Below are positions 1 through 9,913 of a DNA stretch of 64,000 bases, piece by piece. Position 1 is the stretch's first letter. The number at the start of each line of letters is the position of its first letter. The translations under genes were made by a program, and so were the position numbers. The notes below the pieces were generated by a model, which did not search any database, had not been told where the DNA came from, and worked only from the letters and a program-made list of their open reading frames with translations. This stretch comes from Smithellaceae bacterium (GTDB lineage: Bacteria > Desulfobacterota > Syntrophia > Syntrophales > Smithellaceae): assembly GCA_963667845.2 (NCBI GenBank), contig CAXXVL010000002.1, positions 1,760,001 to 1,824,000 of the forward strand. The letters are read 5' to 3'.

Positions 1-1
1 C

Positions 2-1279
2 CAGCAGTACCACTGTGTCCACGAACATTTCTTTTTCCCGTGGAACCGCAAGGCCCGCGAGGAGAACGGCGTAACGAGCTGGACGCCCTGGGGCTGGGCG
101 GGCGGCGTCTGGGCGCACCACTACCGGTTTGCCCATGAAGACAGGCTCAAACGCGGCATCGACTGGTGGTTCAATGCAGCCACAGCGCCGGACAATCACG
201 GCTATTTCAACATGTCCTATGGAACCAACAGCAGCAACGTTTTTAAACAGACAGCGAAAAAAATTGTGTTTGAAGTGCGCGCCGACTACCCCTGGGCGGA
301 AGGCGGCCGGTTTAACACGATTCACATCGACGACATCGATTACTGGGTCGAGGTGGACTGCGAAAAATACAAATGGCCGCAGATGAATGAAAAAGCCATC
401 GTCCCGACACCTACGGAGCAGGAAATCGCCCGGCACATTATGACGATCATGCGCGACCGCGACGTCGTGCAGCTCGGGATCGGTTCGCTGCCGTCGGCAT
501 GCGTCGCCGCCTTGGCGGATGCGGGGTTCAAGGATCTCGGCATCCATACCGAAATGCTCAATTACGGCCTTATCAAAATGATCGAATCGGGGCAGGTGAC
601 GAATGCCTATAAGAATCTGGATCACGGCAAAAGCGTCTGGACATTCGCCTTCCCGGTGGATGTGAAGTGGTATTACGAAACGATTCACCGCAACCAGGCC
701 ATGGCCGTCTACGATATCGACTACACCAATAACCTCGATATCCTGCGCCGCATCGACAATATGGTCGCGATCAACAATACCGTGTCGGTCGACCTCCTGG
801 GGCAGATGTCCTGTTCGTTCTATGACAGGCGGCCGATTTCCGGCACGGGCGGATTCTTCCAATTTGTCATTTTCGCCGCGCAGTCGCGGGGCGGCCGCTC
901 AGTCGCCGCCATGACGTCGCGCAGCAAGCATAACACGCCGCGCATCGTACCTTTCCTGCCGCAGGGGACAGTGGTGGACGTACCCGCGCAATTTGCCCAG
1001 TATGTCTGCACGGAATACGGCATCGTGAATTTACGGGGCTTAAACGGCTACGAACGCGCTTCGGCGCTGATTTCGATTGCGCATCCGGAGGACCGGCCGT
1101 GGCTCGAAAAGGAAGCCCGCGAAAACGGACTCATTGCGCCGAAATTTCCCGTCAACTTCCATCCGGAGGAAGGCGGCAACCGGCGCTACCCATCCTACGA
1201 AGAGCGGCGGCATTACAAGATGCCCATGGGCAGCGCGCTGTGGGGATATGATTGGGATCCCTTCCAGTCGGGCAAATAA
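2..1279 (+). CDS. Acetyl-CoA hydrolase/4-hydroxybutyrate CoA-transferase family protein (5' end outside window)
   Basis: Frame of ORF 212..1279 is open back to base 2. Motifs VQLGIGSLP, DLGIHTEM, ISGTGG and VCTEYGIVNLRG. Confidence 0.9.
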   Translation, partial: QQYHCVHEHFFFPWNRKAREENGVTSWTPWGWAGGVWAHHYRFAHEDRLKRGIDWWFNAATAPDNHGYFNMSYGTNSSNVFKQTAKKIVFEVRADYPWAEGGRFNTIHIDDIDYWVEVDCEKYKWPQMNEKAIVPTPTEQEIARHIMTIMRDRDVVQLGIGSLPSACVAALADAGFKDLGIHTEMLNYGLIKMIESGQVTNAYKNLDHGKSVWTFAFPVDVKWYYETIHRNQAMAVYDIDYTNNLDILRRIDNMVAINNTVSVDLLGQMSCSFYDRRPISGTGGFFQFVIFAAQSRGGRSVAAMTSRSKHNTPRIVPFLPQGTVVDVPAQFAQYVCTEYGIVNLRGLNGYERASALISIAHPEDRPWLEKEARENGLIAPKFPVNFHPEEGGNRRYPSYEERRHYKMPMGSALWGYDWDPFQSGK

Positions 1280-1626
1280 AATGATCTTTTATAACCACAG
1301 CGCAGGGCCGCCCCGGCAAATTCCCCACTCCCTTCTTGGATAACTGCCGGGCGGCGTCAGACGAATCATGCGCCCCGGGTTATACAAGTTCACTGCGAGT
1401 TTATTGGCATGTAAATCCTATCTCCGGTCATCCGCCGCCGGAAACAAGAATGACAATATCTTCATTTTCAGGGGCGTCGGACAGGGCGCTGACCCCCTCC
1501 AAAAATACTTGTTTCACTGCTTGCAAACCGTTTTTTAAAGGCTTATAAAAGAGCCTAAAGTTACCTTGAGAAACAGTAATCCATAGTCTTATTTCAGTAT
1601 ATTTTAAAATCAGGAGGGTAAAAATC

Positions 1627-2388
1627 ATGGGCGCTACTTTCAATTTTTCAGGAAAAACGGCAATTGTGACCGGCGCGGGCCGGGGAATCGGCAAAGCGAT
1701 TGCACTGGGGCTTGCCGCAGCCGGAGCCAACGTTGCGATATGCAGCCGGAACCAGGCTGAGCTCGACGCCGTTGCGGATGAGATCCGCGCCAAGGGCGCG
1801 AAGGCGCTCGCGGTCGTCACCGATCTGACGGTTCATGCTGATCTCGAAAATCTGGTCAATACGACAATGAAGGAATTCGGCCGGATCGACATTCTCGTCA
1901 ACAATGCCGCCCGCAGTTTTCTGCGCGGTCTTCTCGATCTGCGCGAGGACGGCTGGGACAAGTGTTTCAACACCAACGTCAAAGCCGTGTGGCTCTTGAG
2001 CCGCCTGGTCGCCCGTCCGATGATCGAACAGAAAGGCGGAAGGATCATTAACATTACCACGGTCGGCGCGGACAAAGCCGAAGCTGGCATGGCCGCCTAT
2101 GGCTGCAGCAAGGCAGCGCTCAAGCACCTGACCCGCTGCATGGCGAAGGAATGGGCGCAACTGGGAATTAATGTCAATGCCGTTGCACCCGGATTTACCC
2201 GCACGGAGTTCAGCAAGCCCATCTGGTCCAATCCCGAAGTGGAACAGCTGATCTGCAAAATGATACCCAAAGGGAAAATCGGTGAACCGGAGGATGTGGT
2301 CGGCGCGGTGATGTTTCTGGCGTCCGATTTCGCAAACTATATCACGGGCGATACGATCTATGTGGACGGTGGCGCTATGACGTCGTAG
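1627..2388 (+). CDS. Short-chain dehydrogenase/reductase (SDR)
   Basis: TGAGRGIG Rossmann motif, NNA, YGCSK catalytic YxxxK; AGGAGG RBS upstream. Confidence 0.95.
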   Translation: MGATFNFSGKTAIVTGAGRGIGKAIALGLAAAGANVAICSRNQAELDAVADEIRAKGAKALAVVTDLTVHADLENLVNTTMKEFGRIDILVNNAARSFLRGLLDLREDGWDKCFNTNVKAVWLLSRLVARPMIEQKGGRIINITTVGADKAEAGMAAYGCSKAALKHLTRCMAKEWAQLGINVNAVAPGFTRTEFSKPIWSNPEVEQLICKMIPKGKIGEPEDVVGAVMFLASDFANYITGDTIYVDGGAMTS

Positions 2389-2406
2389 TGCACCGTATCA
2401 GCGTTA

Positions 2407-2525
2407 GCTTTGTCATGTCATTTCGAGCGCAGTGAGAAATCCATGTCCTGAGCCTAGGCGAAGTATCTATGAAAGATATCTCCCTTCGGTCTTGCCCCCA
2501 GCTATGGGGGTCGATATGATAAAGC
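2407..2525. repeat. Composite palindromic intergenic repeat
   Basis: TGTCATTTCGAGCGCAGTGAGAAATC ... GATATCTCCCTTCGGTC ... GTCGATATGATAAAGC form imperfect inverted arms with nested hairpins. Confidence 0.55.
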
Positions 2526-2622
2526 ATCATGAAACGCTGCACGAACAGACGGGGAGTCGCACCGATCGCCGGGTTATCGCGGCGGTCGCAAATTTTTATA
2601 ATCAAGACAGGGAGAGGGACGG

Positions 2623-4605
2623 ATGAACCAGAAGGGGATTGTCAGTCCGGTCATCGCGGATATCCGCGCGGGCATGAAGCGGGGGAAAATTGTATCCGTT
2701 GACGACGCGATCCGTGTGATCCGGGACGGCGATACGGTATGTCTCGACGGATTTATCGGCGGCGTTGCGCCGGAGGAATTGATGATCAGCCTGGAGAGGC
2801 GGTTTCTGGAAACGGGCGAGCCGAAAAATCTCACACTGGTTTATGCGTCCGGCATCGGCGACAGCAAGGATCGGGGCGCCAACCGTCTGGCGCACGAAGG
2901 CCTGATCAAGCGCGTGATTGCCGGCCACTGGGGGCTCGTTCCCAAGCTGCAGCGCCTGGCGCTGGAAAATAAAATTGAAGCCTACAATTTTCCCCAGGGC
3001 GTCATCACGCACATTCTGCGCGACAGCGCCGGGCATGCGCCGCGAACCATCACCCATGTGGGCCTGGGCACCTTCGTCGATCCGCGCATTCAAGGCGGCA
3101 AGGTCAACGCCATCACAACGGAAGACCTGGTGGAACTGATCACCTTCGACGGCCGGGAATATCTGGCCTACAAGACGCTGCCCGTCCAGGTTGCACTCTT
3201 ACGCGGGACGACGGCGGATATGGACGGCAATATTACCATGGAAAGGGAAGCGCTCACGATGGATGCCCTGCCGGTCGCCATGGCGGCGAAAAATTCCGGC
3301 GGCTTTGTGATCGTGCAGGTGGAGCGGATTGCCGAAAGAGGAGCGCTGAACGCCCGCCACGTGAAAATTCCCGGCATGCTGGTCGACTGCGTCGTCGTCT
3401 CCAAACCGGAGAATCACTGGCAGACGTACGGCAGTTATTACAATCCGGCTTACAGCTGCGAATTCAAGGTGCCGACGGCAAGCATTGAGCCTCTGGCGCT
3501 GGATGAACGAAAGATCATCGCCAGGCGCGTTGCCTTTGAACTTCAACCGAACATGGTCGTTAACCTGGGCATCGGCATGCCCGAGGGTGTGGCCAATGTC
3601 GCCAACGAGGAAGGCATTTTCGATTTTCTGACGCTTACGGCGGAAGCCGGCACCATCGGCGGCATTCCCTCAGGCGGCCTGGACTTCGGCACCGCCACCA
3701 ATATGGATTGCCTGGTGGACATGCATTTCCAGTTTGATTTCTATGACGGCGGGGGCTTGGACCTGGCCTGCCTGGGCCTAGCCCAGATGGATTCACACGG
3801 CAATGTCAATGTCAGCAAGTTCGGTCCCAAACTGGCCGGCTGCGGCGGTTTTATCGACATCAGCCAGACCGCCAAAAAGATTGTTTTCGCCGGGACATTC
3901 ATGGCGGGCTCAGCCGAACTGGCCGTGGACGACGGTAAACTGAAAATTGTGAAAGAGGGCGCCTTCAAGAAACTGGTGAAAGACGTGGAGCAGATCACGT
4001 TCAGCGGCCCCACGGCGCAGGCGGGGAATCAGCAGATTTATTACATCACCGAGCGGTGCGTCTTTGCCCTGACGAAGGAGGGCGTTGAACTCGTCGAGAT
4101 AGCCCCCGGCCTCGATCTGGAGAAGGACATCCTGGCGCGGATGGACTTTAAACCGATTGTCCGGAATCCGCGGGTGATGGACGAACGTATTTTCAAGCCG
4201 GCGCCGATGGGACTCAAAGACGATCTGCTCAGTGTTCCGATTCATGACCGCATCACCTACGATCAGGAGTCCAATATTTTTTACGTCAACTTCGAGGGAT
4301 TGGCCGTTAAGACGAGGAGCGATATCGAGGCGATCCGCGAGCGTGTGACCGAGGTCTGCGCGCCGCTGGGATCGCGGGTCAAGACGATCGTGAACTACGA
4401 CAATTTTTCGATCGCTCCGGAGCTGGAAGACGAGTATATCAAAATGGTCAAGTTCGTTGTGTCCAAGTATTACAGCGACGTGACGCGTTATACGACGAGC
4501 GCATTTTTGCGCATGAAGCTGGGCGATGAGCTGAAAAGACGGCATCTGGCTCCCCACATTTTTCAGACCAAAGAAGAAGCCAGGCTGGCACTGGAGAAAA
4601 AATAA
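2623..4605 (+). CDS. Acyl-CoA:acetate/propionate CoA-transferase (Pct/YdiF type) with extra C-terminal domain
   Basis: GHWG, NLGIGMPEG, TAEAG (catalytic Glu), GCGGFIDISQ, YITERCVF. Confidence 0.9.
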   Translation: MNQKGIVSPVIADIRAGMKRGKIVSVDDAIRVIRDGDTVCLDGFIGGVAPEELMISLERRFLETGEPKNLTLVYASGIGDSKDRGANRLAHEGLIKRVIAGHWGLVPKLQRLALENKIEAYNFPQGVITHILRDSAGHAPRTITHVGLGTFVDPRIQGGKVNAITTEDLVELITFDGREYLAYKTLPVQVALLRGTTADMDGNITMEREALTMDALPVAMAAKNSGGFVIVQVERIAERGALNARHVKIPGMLVDCVVVSKPENHWQTYGSYYNPAYSCEFKVPTASIEPLALDERKIIARRVAFELQPNMVVNLGIGMPEGVANVANEEGIFDFLTLTAEAGTIGGIPSGGLDFGTATNMDCLVDMHFQFDFYDGGGLDLACLGLAQMDSHGNVNVSKFGPKLAGCGGFIDISQTAKKIVFAGTFMAGSAELAVDDGKLKIVKEGAFKKLVKDVEQITFSGPTAQAGNQQIYYITERCVFALTKEGVELVEIAPGLDLEKDILARMDFKPIVRNPRVMDERIFKPAPMGLKDDLLSVPIHDRITYDQESNIFYVNFEGLAVKTRSDIEAIRERVTEVCAPLGSRVKTIVNYDNFSIAPELEDEYIKMVKFVVSKYYSDVTRYTTSAFLRMKLGDELKRRHLAPHIFQTKEEARLALEKK

Positions 4606-4630
4606 GGTTCACCATCCTGCGGGCGGCACG

Positions 4631-4728
4631 AGGAACAAGGAACAAGGAACAAGGAACAAGGAACAAGGTTCAAGGGGCAAGGTTCAAGGGACAAGGAACA
4701 AAGGACAAAGGACAAAGGACAAAGGACT
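4631..4728 (+). repeat. Tandem heptamer repeat, 14 units (AGGAACA/AGGTTCA/AAGGACA)
   Basis: Directly visible 7-nt periodicity just after the CoA-transferase stop. Confidence 0.9.
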
Positions 4729-4903
4729 AGAAGTCAGTTTCCTGAATATCACATGAGGCCCAAGCGAACGGCTCGGGCTCCGAAATTCGTATTGAAAATA
4801 TTTGGCCAAACGGGTAGAAGTGAACCCGGCCGCATCTGCAAAACTGCCTGCAAACTGCCCGAGGACAGTTTCCAAATAACCTTAAGAAAGAAGAGAAGAA
4901 ATT

Positions 4904-5614
4904 ATGCCGATTGAAATCAAGATGGAAGGCCAGGTGGCCGTTGTGACGCTGAATGAGGGAGAGAATCGTTTAAATCTGGATTTCCTGGGGAAGTTTCTTA
5001 ACGCCCTGGATGAGGTTGAAAAGAAGAGCGAGGCCAATGTGCTGGTTGTGCGCGGCGCGCATGATAAGATCTTCAGCAACGGCATTGATCTGGAATGGCT
5101 GATGCCGATCATGCAGAAAAACGACACGGCCACGGCCAAGAAATTCATTGAAACGATGATGACGCTTTTCCGGAGGATTGCCCTGTATCCGATGCCCACG
5201 ATTGTCGCGATGACCGGGCATGCCTTTGCCGGCGGTGCGATCTTGTGCTGCTACTTTGATTTTCGCTTTATGCGGTCGGACCGGGGCTTCATGTGCTTTC
5301 CGGAAGTCGACCTGGGTATTCCGTTCCTGCCGGGCATGATGACGGCAATGAAGAAGGCCATTCCGCGTTACAAACTCGATGAAATGGTCCTCACCGGAAG
5401 ACGCATCACCGCGCAGGAGCTGGAGGAGCATCACGTGATTACCAAGGCCTGCCACATTGACCAGTTGATGGATGAAGTCATGAATTTTGCCAAACTGCAA
5501 AATAAGAGACGTCCGGTTGTAGACCTCATCAAAGCGGAGATGAACAAGGATATCATTTACGCGATCGATCACGACGACAAACCGATTATTGAATCGGGTC
5601 GTTTTTACGTGTGA
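4904..5614 (+). CDS. Enoyl-CoA hydratase/isomerase family protein
   Basis: FSNGIDL, AMTGHAFAGG, FPEVDLG crotonase-fold motifs. Confidence 0.92.
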   Translation: MPIEIKMEGQVAVVTLNEGENRLNLDFLGKFLNALDEVEKKSEANVLVVRGAHDKIFSNGIDLEWLMPIMQKNDTATAKKFIETMMTLFRRIALYPMPTIVAMTGHAFAGGAILCCYFDFRFMRSDRGFMCFPEVDLGIPFLPGMMTAMKKAIPRYKLDEMVLTGRRITAQELEEHHVITKACHIDQLMDEVMNFAKLQNKRRPVVDLIKAEMNKDIIYAIDHDDKPIIESGRFYV

Positions 5615-5621
5615 TGAATCC

Positions 5622-5679
5622 TAATCCCGCTTAAGCGGGGCGAGCGTTAATTCCCTATCGCTTGCTGCGTGGCGGTTGA
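5622..5679 (+). repeat. Dispersed mini-repeat copy 1 (IS200-end-like)
   Basis: TAATCCCGCTTnnGCGGGnCGAGCGTTAATT...GCTTGCTGCG..GTTGA; recurs at 15554, 22871 and 24252. Confidence 0.85.
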
Positions 5680-5730
5680 ATATCGCCAGGCAGCGGCATC
5701 AGGAAACAATCTCCGGGCTGCCGATAGAAT

Positions 5731-5772
5731 AACGGCTCCATCCCTCATGCGAGAGATGGAGCCGTTTTTTTT
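5731..5772 (+). terminator. Rho-independent terminator between convergent genes
   Basis: AACGGCTCCATC...GATGGAGCCGTT stem followed by a T8 run. Confidence 0.85.
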
Positions 5773-5837
5773 GAAGCGTTTCGTTTAAGTGTTCCATTAC
5801 CGGCAAACGCCCGCGAAGGGCTGCGCCGTCCGTTCAC

Positions 5838-7136
5838 TCATTTTTTGCCGGGCTTATGGCGCACGCTTACCGAATTGGCGTGCGCATCGAGCCCTTCCAT
5901 TCGGGCAAACCGCTCCGTTGCGGAGGAGAGCTTCCGGAAAGCCGCGGGGGAAAAGGAGAGCACGCTCATCCGTTTGTAGAAGTCATAAACGCCCAGCGGC
6001 GAGGAAAAACGCGCCGTGCCCTCTGTGGGCAGAATGTGATTGGCGCCGGCCGTGTAGTCGCCCAGCGCCTCCGGGGTATAGGATCCCAGAAACACGGAAC
6101 CGGCATTGCGGATTTTCCCCACGACACGAGACGGCTTCTCGACCATCAGTTCCAGGTGCTCGGGCGAGAAGAGATTGGTTAGTTCCACGGCCTCGGTGAT
6201 ATCGGACGTAATGATGATCGCGCCGTACCGGGAGAGGGATTTCTTGATGATCCCTTTCTTGGGCAGAGCCAGGAGCTGCTTTTGAACCTCGGCGGCCACA
6301 GCGCGAGCCAGGTCGGGGTATGGCGTGAAGAGCACCGCGGCGGCCATTTCATCGTGCTCGGCCTGCGCCAGCATGTCCGCCGCGACGAACGCAGGATTGG
6401 CACTGCGGTCGGCGATGATCACGACTTCGCTGGGGCCGGCGATCATGTCAATGGCCACCTGTCCGAAGACGAGCTTCTTGGCGGCGGCGACATAGGCATT
6501 GCCGGGGCCGACGATTTTATCCACCCGGGGGACCGTCTCAGTGCCGTAGGCCAGAGCGGCAATGGCCTGCGCACCGCCGATCTTGAAGATGCGGTCAACC
6601 TGGGCGACATACGATGCTGCGGCGATGAGCGGATTCAAGCCGCCGTCTTTCACGGGACTTGCCAGAATGATCTCCTTGACACCCGCGAGACGCGCCGGGA
6701 TTGCCGCCATAAGCAGCGTAGACGGATAAAACGCCTTGCCGCCGGGCGCGTAAATGCCGGCCCGCGTAAGCGGGATGATCCGCTGGCCGAGCTCGACGCC
6801 TTTTTCATCCGTGACGGTGTAGCCCGTAGCGATCTGCTGCGCGTGATATTTTTCGATGCGCCGGGCGGCGAGTTTGATCACCTCCCAGTCTTCGGGGGCA
6901 ACGCGGCCCGCCGCCTCTTTCCTCTCCGGGTCCGTTACTTCGACGGTTTCCGCAGTGAGAGCGCAGCCGTCAAACTTTTGGGTATAATGAAAGAGCGCTT
7001 CATCGCCGCGTGTCGAAACCTCATGGATGATGTGGGCGACAGAAGCCAGGAGATCCGGCGTGAATGCACCGCCGCGCCTGCGCAGGGCCTGGAAGAAGCT
7101 CCGAAATTCATTTGCATCGGATCGAATGATTTTCAT
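5838..7136 (-). CDS. hisD: Histidinol dehydrogenase
   Basis: GIYAPGG, KIVGPGNAYV, DMIAGPSE, QAEHD, PEHLE, GDYTAGANHILPT. Confidence 0.98.
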   Translation of the reverse strand: MKIIRSDANEFRSFFQALRRRGGAFTPDLLASVAHIIHEVSTRGDEALFHYTQKFDGCALTAETVEVTDPERKEAAGRVAPEDWEVIKLAARRIEKYHAQQIATGYTVTDEKGVELGQRIIPLTRAGIYAPGGKAFYPSTLLMAAIPARLAGVKEIILASPVKDGGLNPLIAAASYVAQVDRIFKIGGAQAIAALAYGTETVPRVDKIVGPGNAYVAAAKKLVFGQVAIDMIAGPSEVVIIADRSANPAFVAADMLAQAEHDEMAAAVLFTPYPDLARAVAAEVQKQLLALPKKGIIKKSLSRYGAIIITSDITEAVELTNLFSPEHLELMVEKPSRVVGKIRNAGSVFLGSYTPEALGDYTAGANHILPTEGTARFSSPLGVYDFYKRMSVLSFSPAAFRKLSSATERFARMEGLDAHANSVSVRHKPGKK

Positions 7137-7137
7137 C

Positions 7138-8388
7138 TTATTGTTTCACCCTTTTGATGTCCGCCCCCAGTGCGGAGAATTTCTTTTCAATCGTCTCGTA
7201 GCCGCGGTCGATATGATAGACGCGTGAAATTTCCGTCGTCCCCTGGGCGACGAGCGCCGCCAGAATCAGGGAGGCGGAGGCCCGCAGGTCCGTGGCCATG
7301 GTTTGCGCGCCGTACAGGGTGGGGACGCCGCGCACGATGGCGCTGCCGCCCTGGATCACGATGTCGGCACCCATGCGCATGAGTTCGCTCACATGCATGA
7401 AACGGTTTTCAAAAACGGTTTCCGTAATGACGGAAAGGCCGCTGCCGATGCACATGTAGGCCATGATCTGCGCCTGAAGATCCGTAGGGAAACCGGGATG
7501 GGGGAGAGTCTTCACGTCCACGCTGCTGATCTTCTTGCCGGCCTTAACACGAAGTCCGCCCTCGATCGGCGTGATTTTCATTCCCGTATCGCGCAGTTTG
7601 TTGATCAGCGCCTCCAGATGCTGCGGGACACAACCCAGGACATTGATTTCGCCGTGGGTCATGCCGGCGGCAATCATAAATGTGCCGGCTTCAATCCGGT
7701 CCGGAATGATTGCGGCTTCCACGGCGTTGAGAGATGTTACGCCGGTGATGGTGATGACGTCCGTCCCGGCGCCGCTGATCTTTGCGCCCATGCCTATGAG
7801 GACGTCCGCCAGATTGACGATTTCCGGTTCGCGCGCGGCATTATTGAGAACCGTCGTACCGCAGGCCAGTGTCGCCGCCATCATGATATTCTCCGTGCCC
7901 GTGACCGTCGGCAGATCAAAATAAATATCCGCTCCTCTCAATTTATCCGCTTTGGCTTCAATGTAACCGCCGTGCAGCTCCACAGTGGCTCCCATATCCT
8001 GAAGCGCCTTGATATGCAGGTTGACCGGCCGGGCACCGATGGCACAGCCGCCCGGAAGGGAAACACGCGCCCGGCCCATGCGCGCCACCAGGGGTCCGAG
8101 GACGAGAATGGACGCCCGCATGGTTTTGACCAGATCGTAAGGCGCAACGCAGTTGGTCAGCTTTTCGCCGCTGATCTGAACGGTGCTGCCGCCTTCAATT
8201 TCCATTCCCATATTGCGCAGCAGCTTATAAATGGTTTTGATATCGACCAGATCAGGAATGTTGGAGAACGTGCAGGTCCCTTCCGTCAGAAGCGCCGCCG
8301 TCAGAACAGGCAGAGCGGCGTTTTTCGCGCCGCTGATCCGAACATCACCCTCTAGCGGCTTGCCGCCGTGAACGACTATTTTATCCAA
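7138..8388 (-). CDS. murA: UDP-N-acetylglucosamine 1-carboxyvinyltransferase
   Basis: [20 protein letters not shown] (active Cys), [22 protein letters not shown]. Confidence 0.99.
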   Translation of the reverse strand: MDKIVVHGGKPLEGDVRISGAKNAALPVLTAALLTEGTCTFSNIPDLVDIKTIYKLLRNMGMEIEGGSTVQISGEKLTNCVAPYDLVKTMRASILVLGPLVARMGRARVSLPGGCAIGARPVNLHIKALQDMGATVELHGGYIEAKADKLRGADIYFDLPTVTGTENIMMAATLACGTTVLNNAAREPEIVNLADVLIGMGAKISGAGTDVITITGVTSLNAVEAAIIPDRIEAGTFMIAAGMTHGEINVLGCVPQHLEALINKLRDTGMKITPIEGGLRVKAGKKISSVDVKTLPHPGFPTDLQAQIMAYMCIGSGLSVITETVFENRFMHVSELMRMGADIVIQGGSAIVRGVPTLYGAQTMATDLRASASLILAALVAQGTTEISRVYHIDRGYETIEKKFSALGADIKRVKQ

Positions 8389-9243
8389 TTACTTTCTCCT
8401 TCCCAAGATGACGCGCGAAAGTCCCGCGTAATCGGTGCGTACTTCAATATGGCTGTAAGAACCATCATTTGTCTTCATGATCGACTGCACACTTTCACTT
8501 TGACTGGCGCCGATTTCGAGTAAAAGCCAGCCGTTTTCATTCAAATAACTATGTGCCTGATATATCAATTTTTCGTAAAATTCCACACCTGTTTGACCGG
8601 CCCGGAGCGCGAGCTTCGGTTCGAAATTTCTCACGCCTTGTTCCAAAGTTTCATATTCCGCTGCTCCGATATAAGGTGGATTGGAAACGATGATGTCAAA
8701 TGTGCCCTGAATCTGTTCGAATAAATCACTCACCTGAAAGATGATCGAATCGCCGAGACCCAGCAGGCGGGAATTTCTTTGGGCCACGGCCAGAGCCGCA
8801 GGTGAAATATCCGTGGCGGTGATTCGGGCATCCGGTATTTCTCTGGCCAGGGCAAGCGCAATGGCGCCCGAGCCCGTGCCGATATCCAGAATCCGCGGCC
8901 GGCTCAAGGCCTGTGCCCGGAAGACTGCCAGCGCTTCTTCGACGATCACTTCCGTATCCGGCCGGGGGATCAGAACGTTGGGGTTTACCTCCAGCGTGAA
9001 AGACCAGAAGGCTTTGACGCCGGTGATGTAGGCGACCGGTTCAAAGAGCAACCGGCGGGAAACCAGCCGTCCATAGGCTGCCAGTTGTTCGTCGCTTAGC
9101 TGCCTTTGGGGATTTTTGATAAAATCGATGCGATCGCAACCGAGACAAAAAGCCAGGAGCACCTCAGCGTCGAGCCTGGCCGAGGGGATTCCCGCCGCTT
9201 CCAGCTTCAGCGTCGTCCGATGGATAATGTCGCGAACCGTCAT
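8389..9243 (-). CDS. prmC: Release factor glutamine methyltransferase
   Basis: VLIPRPDTE, LDIGTGSGAI, SNPPYI; abuts murA. Confidence 0.97.
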   Translation of the reverse strand: MTVRDIIHRTTLKLEAAGIPSARLDAEVLLAFCLGCDRIDFIKNPQRQLSDEQLAAYGRLVSRRLLFEPVAYITGVKAFWSFTLEVNPNVLIPRPDTEVIVEEALAVFRAQALSRPRILDIGTGSGAIALALAREIPDARITATDISPAALAVAQRNSRLLGLGDSIIFQVSDLFEQIQGTFDIIVSNPPYIGAAEYETLEQGVRNFEPKLALRAGQTGVEFYEKLIYQAHSYLNENGWLLLEIGASQSESVQSIMKTNDGSYSHIEVRTDYAGLSRVILGRRK

Positions 9244-9262
9244 GGGGCACTCTTCCCTTTTT

Positions 9263-9790
9263 CTATATCAATACCTCAACCTGCGTGGCGCTGCCTTTAT
9301 AGGAATACTTGACGGTACAGCCCAGTTCCCTGAGGACCTGTTTCATGGCGCGGTTGGTGGAATCAATAATAGACACGAAGCGGGTGACGCCGTGTTCCCG
9401 GCCGATCGCAAAGAGCCCGCCCAGCATAAATTTCCCCAGGCCGCCGCGCTGCCAGTCGTCGCGAACGACGATGGCAAAGTCCGTGATCCGTTCATCCGGA
9501 TCATACCCATAGCGGGCGACGGCAATGAGTGCTGGCCGGCCGTCTTCCTCGATCGCGGCGACCAGGGCGAAATTGGTCGTGTAATTAATGTGTGTCAGCT
9601 GATGCAGCAGCTCTTCCGGGAGAGCATGGACGGGCCTTAAAAAACGCAGATAGACCGCATCAGGCGACAGTTTGTTCAATAAATCGACAACAAGATATTC
9701 GTCAGACTGCAGAATGGGCCTCAAAAATACGACTCTGCCGTCTTTCAGTTGAAAACTTGTTTCATAGTGAGCAGGATAGGCGTTATTCAT
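9263..9790 (-). CDS. GNAT family N-acetyltransferase
   Basis: FLRPI...YLRF, AIVVRDDWQRGGLG acetyl-CoA motif A. Confidence 0.9.
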   Translation of the reverse strand: MNNAYPAHYETSFQLKDGRVVFLRPILQSDEYLVVDLLNKLSPDAVYLRFLRPVHALPEELLHQLTHINYTTNFALVAAIEEDGRPALIAVARYGYDPDERITDFAIVVRDDWQRGGLGKFMLGGLFAIGREHGVTRFVSIIDSTNRAMKQVLRELGCTVKYSYKGSATQVEVLI

Positions 9791-9913
9791 GGTCCGGACT
9801 ATAGCGCATCTTCAAAAAATATCCAACGGTGATTGTGCTGTTGCCGGGGCGGCGTGATGGATTGTTCATTTAAGTGCGATAACCCGGATGAACGATTTTC
9901 TCAACGAAAGGAG

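Noticed and set aside
4631..4728. CRISPR array
   Set aside because: Contiguous 7-nt units with no spacers; no cas genes in the window.
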